This document shows, in pieces, positions 53,745 to 64,000 of a DNA stretch of 64,000 bases. Location: NCBI GenBank assembly GCA_965644295.1, contig CBFFRP010000001.1, positions 62,001 through 126,000 on the forward strand, written 5' to 3'. The notes under the pieces were generated by a model. That model did not search any database, was not told the DNA's origin, and worked only from the letters and a program-made list of their open reading frames with translations. The DNA comes from Paraphysomonas bandaiensis. Lineage: Eukaryota > Protista > Chrysophyceae. The position numbers and the translations under genes were made by a program. Within the stretch, counting starts at the first letter, position 1. The number at the start of each line of letters is the position of its first letter.

Positions 53745-56077
53745 ATGGAGCCTCCAGAGTCTGTTGGAAGCATTCCTGCCTCAATGGGGCTTCAAAATCT
53801 CCAGGTTTTAATTTCATATAGTGTGCAATGGAATGATTTTCATGTGATAGAGTGAGCCTATGAGACTGACTGCAGAAGCAGAGAGATTGAATGATGAACT
53901 AGATACGTTAGTCATGGACAACTTTCGAGTATTTGTCGAGAACTTGACATGTTCAGGTGTATTGCGCGGCGAGGTACACACTTTTCATATGATATATTCC
54001 ATCTCATGAGATATGAAGGATAAAAAACTACGCGACTACTCCTCTGATCTTGGTGATGATCTTCAACAGCTTTTAGATCTCTGTGGATCATTTCGAGATC
54101 GTGTGAATCAGTATATTACAGGTTTTACTGGACTCTAAATTATGATAATCTATGACCTGATTTCGCAGCACATAAACGAAACAGAAAGACTCTCAAGCAC
54201 AATATGCAGCTCGTTGAGCTCTTAGAGATTCCTCAATTAGTTGATGCATGTTCTCGGAATGGGTTTCACGACGAAGCGCTCGAATTGGCATTGTTCGTTA
54301 ATGGGTTGGAGCGCAAACATATATTCGCAAGTGAAGTACGAGACCACAGCGATGGTACCCCTCGTCAAAGTGGAGGAAATAGCGTCGTGCAGAGCATCGT
54401 CAATGATGTTCATACAACACTTTCTGACCTTCGTAGACAACTACTTGTGCGTTTATCTGTTGAGTCGTCTTTGCCAAAGCTTCTCCAGGTTCTCTCCGCA
54501 CTTAGAAAGTTAGATGGAATTTTAGCTGACCGTCAGTTATCACTGGAACGCCAAAATGGTTTTTACACTCCATCTCTTACTGATCAGCAAGCAGAAGAAG
54601 TCCGAGCTGGCCTGATGCGCAGGATAGAGACTTCCCTGCAGATGAGTTTTCTGGAAGCCAGGGGTGTATGGGTAGAAAGTATGCTGCAAGGCGTTCAAGA
54701 CGAGGCTACCGGTACATATAGCACAGCTACTCATCAGTCAGATTCAACAACCCTAGGTCCATATGGACGCGGAATTGAGATCCTAGAAGTGTATAGGTCA
54801 TCGTGGTTTGCTGTGGTAACTCAGTTCAATGCTTTATTTGGTTCAGCTGATGGCGGGGAAGTCTCCCCGTCGTCACTACTGTCACGGTGGATAGAGTCCC
54901 AGCTAAATTCATTGGTGAAAGAGTTAGAAGTCATTCTAAAAGATATTGATGAGGTGCGCTCATTACGAAGTATTACTTTATGTTTTTCATGGATCATGCC
55001 AGGGTCAATCTGTTCGATCGCTATTAGAGCAGTCTTTCCTGTTCGCCTCTAGAATGTCAGAAGTAGGTTGTGACTTCCGGTCCCATATATTACCTGTATT
55101 CGAATCGGCTGTTGTATGTCGTGTTGAAGACATTTGGAGGAAAGGATTGGATATCTTCAAACAGATGGTGGTCACGGAGAAGTATGCCGTGGATGGGAAT
55201 GCGGACGAGCTGCCAAGAGAGCAGGTGTAGTTTATCGTGTATCTTGAAGTTTTGACATCGTATAGTTTGAAATATGTATGAGTCGATTAATGTATCGGAC
55301 TCTATCGCAACGCTATCCTGTATATGTTATAATCAGTCTACCTATTGTTGTACACAGGTAATACCGCTGTACCTGCGGCAGGACACAGAGGATTCCTCTG
55401 CTTCTGATAATGCCGGCGCCGACTCTGACTCGCACCCGCCACCCCAGGGCCTTATTGGCTTTCCTCCGTTGGCTTATCTGATGAATACTCATCTAGTAGG
55501 ACTTAACTTTTTGAGAGACTGTCCATTGGCCTCTGTAGAGGGGCGTGTGCGGGAGGCTCTGGATCTGCTATTGAGCGACACTTGTAAGTTCTTGGTGAGT
55601 GTGAGTGACGACATTCGACGTTCTGGGCGGAAGTATATATCTGCAGACTCTTCGTCAAGTGGTTTGTTGACTGCGGACTCGATGGATAGACTATATGCAG
55701 AGGCGATAACGAAAGACTTGATTCAGCATTCACTTTGGTGTTTTCAATCTGTTTATACCAATGTCACTCTTCCATCCAAGTCTGGAGCCACACCACCGTT
55801 AGATTCCAGTTTACTTAAAATTAGTGAACATTGCAGGAGAATATTCGAGAAAGCCGACTTAGTGAAAGCTTCACAAGCAATTCCAAGTAAGAAACCTGTG
55901 CTAGCTGTACCATCAACCAGCGATGTCGCTAAGACTGAGGAATTATCGTCAGAAAAAAATTCTGTAAAGCAAGAAAATGCGAACAAGTTAGTGTCAAAGG
56001 AAAGTGGCGAAGATAAAAATATGGAAAGCGAATCTCGCGAAAGTAGACACGATCTCACTGATTCGAATGTAATCTGA
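53745..56077 (+). CDS. COG8: Conserved oligomeric Golgi complex subunit 8 (Dor1 family), multi-exon
   Basis: QLVELLEIPQLVDACSRNGFHDEALEL, FAVVTQFNALF, SRMSEVGCDFR and LIGFPPLAYLMN...LNFLRDC. The start ATG is inferred. Confidence 0.92.
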
Positions 56078-57027
56078 GGGTAGTAGCGTAGTAGCACGTG
56101 ATTGTGAAGTTAATGTTTATATGCCATTTAAAGAAAACTCATTATTTTCTGTGTTTATTGTTATAAAGTGTTTTACGGGAATATAGTCTAAAGGAACATA
56201 AGCCTGCATTTTGTTAACTAAACTACACACGTTTTATTATATACTTATGCATCAGAACCTCTATTCAGGTACACAATGTCTGTAATGCAGTCTGGTGGAG
56301 ATATCTCGTCTCCAGGATGATAAATTATTTATTTCCCTAAAGAGCCCGCTACAATTAGTTTTCTTATAGTAAGGTTTAGACTAAGGCTATACTCTATAAA
56401 GTATGATGAATGAACCACATATTAAAGTGTTACAAAGGCCAGGTACTTAGAGGTTAAAAAAGATAAGGGAAAACAACCAATAGCAGTCAATTGTAGTTGG
56501 TAGACATACTGGACAGAGGATAAAGCAGTGTCACTCCTACGCAACAGATACCACTATTAATCTGATGCGGATAAGTATACATCAACACTGAGTTAGACAT
56601 GGGACTAGATGTGTAGGTGAAGAGAATAAGCAATGTGTGAGCTGGAGCAGTTGCAAGGGATATCTTGCAATAGTGGTCCAGTGTACAGTGTACAGAGTGC
56701 AATGAGAAGATATGCTGGATACACATAGACCCGCGCCTATACTGCTGCTCCTGCTGTGTAGAGTCAACTGACTACGTATGCTGTATTCGACAGTATTACT
56801 TGACGTAGTTCTAATGTATTTCCTGTACTCTGTAGATGATATGAAAAACCGTTTCAATGTGATGAGTGCCTATACGTATATGTGCATACATAACTCTGTA
56901 TACAGACACACGCACCCCTCTATGTCTGTGTATGTATATGCATGCGACAGCACAGAGGAGAGTGCTGATATTAACACTGCAAAACAAGTAGCTCATCTCA
57001 CCTCTATGCATCGTGTGCTAATATAAT

Positions 57028-59901
57028 ATGAACGAAGCAATGGTGCCTGATGTATTAACACATCGGCGTGAGAGAGCCTGGAACAGTCAAGTGACAGAGC
57101 CAGGCCCTCCTCCTCTTCGATGGCGCAGAGCTGAGTCACCTGATAACAACCTGAAGAATCTAGTTATTAAAGGAAAATTACCTGCCGTATCTGCACCTAA
57201 AACACTGCCTACACGAACCTCTATTGATGCAACATCTGCCACTCCCTCTGCTTTCAATTCCATTGCTGCTACATTTGGTTTTCAGCATCATCACGGCACC
57301 GATCGAAATGTCGAATTAAAAGTATTGAAACTCATATTGAAACGTGAGAATATGTTGAGTGTATTATCTGAAATATGCTTCCCGAAACACACCAATCAAG
57401 TAGAGCTACAGAATAAGAAGGGAACAGGAGTGTTGGATATGATGACTGAAATAAGGAAAGTGACTGTGGATCTCGTTGAGATGGTTTGCTATTGGCGTAC
57501 AACAATGGTAGGACAAGACCCAGAAGTACCACGACCATTTATATATGAAGATAGAAATTACTTGCTAAAAGTCATTACAGATTTAGATTTTCTAGGTGAC
57601 GTATCGTCATTGATAGATGGGCTAGGTATATCTCAAGACAAAATGCTGAAAAACCCTTTAATGCTCCCAGAGACACTTGACGTTGAAAAGCTATCTTCAA
57701 TGCCGGAGGAATGGGCCGAGAAAGACGCCAATGGTGATACAGAGAGTGAGTTATACCAAGAGCGCTTACGTCTCCGCAAAGTGGAACATATACTCCTACA
57801 GGAAATGGAATTTAATAAACGCGGTTCCCCATCAATTGCTTGGAATGAGAGCAGTATATTAACCTCAGTGAGTACAGATGGTGGATATTCTGAAGGACGG
57901 CACGTAGTAGAACGAGCTATGTCTGCCCAGCGCAAGATGGATATGCTGGATTGGTACAATCAGGCTAGGGCCCAGATGTTGAAGCTGGAGTTGGCTCAGA
58001 GCGAGAAACTAAACGCAGATATTGTTTCCACGCATCGCTTGGAGATTCCAGACCTCAGCAAAGAGCCACCCCGGGCTAAATATTCTTATTCGCCCCCACG
58101 GATGGTAGAGCCAATCACCCTGTATGAGCTCGCTTCAACTAACGTCGATGAACCGCTGGGTTATTCCCGGTCTCGATCACCGACGTCCCCGCCACAAACT
58201 AGTAAGGTACGTCGTGTGAAAGGCTTGCCGGAGCCCCAGACGGATTCTCGTACCGAGACCATGGTATCCCTTTTTCCAGAGCTAGAGATAACAAGCACTG
58301 ATTTGCATACGGTGTCTTCCCTGTCAACAGCGCCAAGAAGTCTTACACTTGCAGGGGCGGCGATATTAATAGTTCTCGCCGACGGGACAGAGGTATGATA
58401 GAGAGATTTGTGCACCAAATCGTGATGTCTTCATAGGTACCCGATGATATTACATGGGAAGCATTCAGAGGAGCTGCTATAAGAACCGTCATGGCTGAGG
58501 AAATGAATGCAGTGATGCCCTATACTATCCCGAACGTGAGTCCTTTTCCTTATTTACTACTCCTGTGATATTTGTATAGTACAAGGTGCGCGCTATGACT
58601 CCTTTCTTGACTGGATTGCGAGAGGTACATGAAGAAGACATTAAAAGCGACGCTTCCTTTTCTGACCAGTCATCATCTAAGAACCCTGGGACCAAAATTA
58701 TTAACTGGGTCATTGAGGTAGGAAATAAACCTTTTCTCCAAAGCATCGTTATAGGAGTGTGTAGGTGATGACTGCGGCTACCAACCCTCCAACAAATCTC
58801 AACCAATCCACATCCCAGTCAAGCTTTCGCTCTGTTATGTCTCGCCGAAGTGCTGCGACAGCTGCCAGGAAGAAACGTGCAGCTCAGGAGAAAAACGCTA
58901 TTCCTAGCGACTTAAAAGTGATTTACTCTACCGAATCCACTGAGCTCCTACCCGAAACGACTCTAAAAATTTATCTTCTTTTGCCTCGTAAGAAGCCCCC
59001 TACGACCCAATTGAAGCGTTATATCGTTAAAGTAGTCAACGAAGAAAATTTTCAAACTGCAGAGGCTCCTATAAATGCTAGGGAGATGGAGAGCTATAAG
59101 TATGACCTCCGCGAATCATTTCCTAATGTAGATATTAACGAAATATTTAAACCCGCCTCCAGCAACTGGTGGAAAACATATCTTACATCTATCGTTACGG
59201 TTAAGCAAGTCAACCCGAATGAGATATCTCTAAGGGTAAGCAAGCGCCTTATCAAAAATGTGGTGGGGGGTCTAGCAGCGGAGAGAAAACAATACTCTGA
59301 ATGTGACTCTGTCTCTGAAGTATCTCTGAAGGACCTTGTTGATTTGCCGCCTCAAAATGGGGGTTGGGATTTTCATACTCAATCCGAAGAGGAAAAATCA
59401 GGGAAGGGGTCTGCTGCTGATTCTGTCAAAAAGACAGTTGACCAGCCTGAGGCTCATATGTCTCCCCCTGAGGGTGTGGCTAGAAATGGTGACAAGTCCG
59501 AAGAAAATGATGTGACTCCACAAAGTGTTACTGATGCTAACCCAACGGATAAGTCCACATCAGACGAAAATGAAGAAAAGCGTGATGGTGTAAGCAATAA
59601 CAATGATGACAATAAAGTGGAGAGCAACAAAAGTGGTGATTATGATACGGACAACTATAATACGGATTATGGAGAGTCTGAGTTCGAGAATGAATCTGTA
59701 AGTAGTCCCCAGAAGGGGAAAACTGTGGACCTGTCGGCTACTCAGGGTAGTATAGCATATGGTGATGATGAATTTGATAATGAGGAACCGCCACCTCAAC
59801 CAGAAGTTGCCAAACCTTCTGCGAAAGTGGAATCTGAAGAAGATTATGCGGACGATGGTTATGAGGACGATGCATATGCAGATGACTTCGCTGATGAGTA
59901 A
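57028..59901 (+). CDS. Hypothetical protein with an acidic C-terminal tail, ~4 exons
   Basis: Long ORFs of 456 and 378 aa linked by short exons. Conserved-looking block PRPFIYEDRNYLLKV..DLDFL. Family not recognised. Confidence 0.75.
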
Positions 59902-60199
59902 GGCTTAATTTGACTATCCCTACACTGTGTACCTAATAATGCCTGTATGTTATTGTGTTTACTTTGTTTCGTAGCCAGTACGCGCTGCTGATATCATGCA
60001 AAACATCTTTGGGGAATGGTAATAACCTTTTATTGACATGCTATTCTATACAACTGATGTAGGCAGAAAATAAGATAATCTATATAGAGCAATAATGTAT
60101 CTGTTACAAAAGTAGCCCCTACATGCATAGACAGCTATATTGACTATTGACGACAACGAATTTTTATACTTGGCTGGTGTTGAAATCACCGAAATATGG

Positions 60200-60420
60200 T
60201 TACGTGCCTTTCCATGCTTATCGCCCTCTTTGAAATCTCCTTCAGTATAATATGTACACATGCCCTGTCCACTGTCCATGGAAATGGTCATATTGAATTC
60301 TCCTTCATACATACATACCACCATTACCCTTTCCATAGACTTGCTCTCTTTTCAATCTCCTTCGCATGTATATCCCCATCATCATTAGGTTCCTGTTCTT
60401 CCCATGACTCTTGTTATCTT
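60200..60420 (-). pseudogene. Degenerate MORN-repeat fragment
   Basis: YEGEF...GQGMCTYY.EGDFKEGDKHGK matches the MORN consensus, but the fragment is short and frameshifted upstream. Confidence 0.5.
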
Positions 60421-60676
60421 TGAACATACCAATCTCAATGCTACCACCTTCACATTCCGCTTCATACGTACCCTTCAGATATCACTATATTGTCTTAAAA
60501 TATATTTAAATGAAGCGTATGTGCTTAGAACAATCAAACATAGATTGTGTAAATTATTCATATTAGCTTTGATGGGCGTCCCTATTACGTAGAAGCCATC
60601 CTATTTTACTTTTAACGTTGTCCCATAAACTATATACATATATTTATAGTAGAAGTATTGCGCATATGGTGATGCG

Positions 60677-61110
60677 CCCTCAACAAAGTCGGACTCGTAC
60701 CTTTCTGTGGATTTCTGGAAGATAAGCACCTCAGAGATTTCTCTGGGAAACTAACGTGAGCCGCATAAACAGTCAGCAGATATTGTTCTGCCCACTCATA
60801 GCTTGTGTCACATTCATATAAGTTATAAGTGTCACTTGTGTTGACGTCTTTGAGCCTTTTTGACTAATAAACAGCCATCCAGGAATGGACCCACCTCAAG
60901 GGTATCGGGGGTATTGGACTGCCTGCTGAAGTCAAGCACCCGGGAATGAGCCCACCTCAAGGGCAGCCGGGTATTGGGCTGTCCACTGAAGTCAACCATC
61001 CGGGATAGTGCACCTTAAGGACAGAGAGCAAAAGTGGTTGCATCTTGGTGCTTGCGGTGACGCACAAGCAGCATTCGTAGAGCCTAATAGTAGGATATCA
61101 GAGTTTATTG
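60677..61110 (+). mobile_element. Unclassified dispersed element, copy E, with an internal ~60-bp duplication and truncated right end
   Basis: Starts CCCTCAACAAAGTCGGACTCGTACC. The module GGAATG..CCCACCTCAAGGG..GGGTATTGG.CTG....CTGAAGTCAA.CA.CC occurs twice. Confidence 0.85.
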
Positions 61111-61411
61111 AACTACAACCAACTCCTACGTGCGTACTTGAAGTTTGGTAAAGTCAATCGCTAGTAGTTATCCTGTATTCTATGTAGCAATGAAATACAG
61201 AATATACATGACTACAGTATAGGAGTAGCTATTACAAGTATACAAAGAAACTGAAAATATAGTAGCTGTTAAAGATATGATTTGTAGAACAGAATGTTGA
61301 TGTTGGTGAATGACGTGGTTCCTAACTCACAGGGCTACAACATCATAAACTTACTATATCTCCTATAATATCAATCAGTCAATATTGCACTAACTAAAAG
61401 CGTAAATTAAT

Positions 61412-64000
61412 ATGGCAGCGGATGGAAATTTCACGAATGTCGCCTCAGGCTCAAAGGTACCTCCCTTCGAGGAACTGAACTTCAAGAAATTCAAGAAGTT
61501 CTTCACCTCATTCCTCATGAGACACAATCGAGCTCATCTTGTCCTCTCAAAGGATAAACCAAGGCACATTCATGATCTAGACTCTACAGTCCCAGCGGGA
61601 GCTCATATGACTGATGCACAGAAGAAGCGACTACGCAAAGCGAAGAAACTCTGGAACACCCGGAACGAGACCGCGTACTCCTTCCTGATGGAAGTGTGCA
61701 ATGCTCACCCAAAAGCAGGCACAACAGCGGCTCTCTACGAAGGAAGTACAGCAAAAGGGTTACTACAGGCACTGGAAGAGAGATTTCTCAACGTTGAAAA
61801 GAATACAGTACAGGCAGAGGTCACAAAGTTCAATTCAATGAAGATTACCTCAAGTCAGTCAGGAGCAGAGTTCGTCGACAGCGTTGAAGCCCAGGCCAAG
61901 ATTCTCGAGAATCTAGGTCGTGAAGTCACGGAAGACGACAAGCTCACTCGACTAAAGGAAGGTCTCACAGACAAGAGATATTCCCAACTAGCACACAGCC
62001 TGTATACAGCAAACGATGTGACATACGCAAGAGCAAGCAGCCTAATCAAAGGGTATGAAAACACATCATTCGGCAAGCATGCGTTGCAAAATTCAGGGGA
62101 AGACAGTGTCAATCAAGCAGTGGATGACAGTAAATGGAAAGAGCACAAGAGAAAGGGCAGATGCAATAAGTGCAAGAAACTTGGCCACTTTGCTAGGGAG
62201 TGCAAGACTCCAGAGCATGTCATAAAGAGGATGAAGGGGACAAGATCACAGAGAAAAGATAGAGATCACAGAAACAGGGGTGATAACAAAACAAAGCTAC
62301 CTGTGTGTGAGATATGTGACATCCCAGGCCATCAGACTAAAGACTGCTTCCACTTGAAGACTGCTAAAGCTGCAGTGGTCAGTTCTAAACGGGGGCGAGA
62401 CTCTAGAAGGGAAACGGCACCCTACAAGAACAAGAAGAAACCGCGAGTGTCTGTACATGATTCAGAAGATGAAGCGGGATACGAATCGATGATATGTGTG
62501 GAAGAAGAGGTGAATCTAGCACAGAGCATGTCAGATGTTATTTATTTAGACAGCGGGTGCAACAAGATGATCCTTACCTCCAAAAACCACATGACCAACC
62601 TTCAGCGCGCTGATAGGCAGATGTCCACAGCGAACAAAGGTAAACTGTCAATACACAGTGTTGGCGATGTAGGAAGCTTTAAAAAGGTGTACTACGCACC
62701 TGAAGCAAGTAAGAACCTCGTAGATATGAAGAGCATCACAGATAGGGGTTGTGTTGTGACGTTCGATAATGATGAAGTCGTCATTCGAAATAAGACTACG
62801 AACAAGACACTCATTAGACAGAGAAGTGTTAATGGATTATATCCAGTTCGACTCGAAGACTTACTTCAGCTTGGAGAAGAATCCTCAGCAGCACTTGAGG
62901 AGCAGGGGTTTGATGACCAGCGAATTCTATGGCACAAAAGACTTGGCCATGTCAACTATGATAAACTGACTGAGTCCGACCGCCGAGGCCTAGTTGATGG
63001 AATAAATCTGGACAAGAAATATTTCAGAAAAAAACACAAAAAAACGATATGCAAATGTAATACCTGCATGCGATCGAAACTCACGAGAAAGAACTTCAGG
63101 ACTCCACGCCAGTTGATGAACTTAGACAACAACCCAAAGGAGAGAGGGGTGCTCAGTGCAGATACGATGGAAGTCCTAAACACGCCATCGATGGAAGGCT
63201 ACAAACATGTGTTACTATTCAAGCACAGTGATGCAAAACATGTATGGGCTTATGGGTTGAAAAACAAGACTGGGAGTGAAGTGTTAAAGTGTATGAAGGA
63301 CATGGTAGAGACCCAACTTGTCAAAGAAGGATTGCAACTACGACGATATCATGCAGATGGCGCAGGAGAACTAGTAGGGCAACATGTCAGGCAGTACTTA
63401 CGTGAAACCACCAGCACAAGGACTGTACAGGTTACTTGGACTCCACGTGACACACCCGAAATGAATTCGCTATCGGAACGCACTAATCGTACAGTGAAGG
63501 AGATGGCCCTTGCTATATTGCTCGATAGTGGCATGCCATCAGTATTTTGGTTCAAAGCAGTCTTGCATGCTGTATATCTGATCAACAGGTTACCTACGAA
63601 GACAACGAAAGGATACATCTCACCTTTTGAGTATATTACTGGAACCGCACCAGATGTGAGTGACTTGAAGATCTGGGGCTGCAAGGCATGGGCTATTGTG
63701 CCGAAGGAGCAGCGCCGCAAAGAGTGGAAAGAAAAGGGAAAACCTGGATACTATATGGGACAATGTCAACAACCTGTTGGACACCAAATATATATTCCAG
63801 ACCTGAATGCTATTATTGTTGCAGTCAATGCACAGTTTGATGAGTCAATTCCAGAGCGTTCACAGGAGTATTTCGACGAAATAGATAATCTACAAATCGA
63901 CACCTCAGAAACAGCAGAGAGTGTAAATGACTATCAGTACCTGGTGGGCCTCAGACATCTTGATGGACACCTGTGTTATGTTACCACCAGAGTGATAGAG
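61412..64000 (+). mobile_element. Ty1/copia gag-pol ORF, apparently uninterrupted, runs off the window (absent from the ORF track because it has no stop)
   Basis: Manual translation gives two CCHC knuckles (CNKCKKLGHFAREC, CEICDIPGHQTKDC), protease IYLDSGC, LWHKRLGH, and integrase D(LSAD)-D(HADGAGE)-E(PEMNSLSER). Integrase directly after protease is the copia order. Confidence 0.95.

Noticed and set aside
56487-56857. Small minus-strand gene that would complete the head-to-head pattern
   Set aside because: The short ORFs show no recognisable motifs and I could not build a convincing splice model.

Overview
Eukaryotic genomic DNA from a compact, gene-dense genome with short (~45-60 nt) GT-AG introns, most likely a stramenopile protist (inference from intron size and gene and retroelement types). 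The first ~11.2 kb is a 15/20-bp satellite with higher-order duplications that appears to lie inside an intron of an SCP2-type thiolase gene. Fourteen protein-coding genes follow, mostly as head-to-head pairs: thiolase; coiled-coil protein/G-protein gamma (missed by the ORF track); FkbM methyltransferase/FBPase; RFT1/VPS41; GNAT/ARM protein; FxP-repeat protein/FHA-FHA-PP2C; Rab-Roc-COR-TIR/COG8; and an unknown acidic protein. Head-to-head gaps carry TACA/TGTA-rich simple repeats. Tail-to-tail gaps carry mobile DNA: at least 8 copies of an unclassified ~450-500 bp hairpin-rich element, hAT-like remnants and a deleted Ty1/copia. An apparently intact copia runs off the right edge. The most notable item is a predicted spliced fusion of a Rab-like GTPase (Q61-equivalent changed to A, no prenylation motif) to Roc-COR-TIR-SAM-like domains, a candidate protist immune receptor with an integrated Rab decoy. 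All gene models were spliced by eye and no database searches were run.
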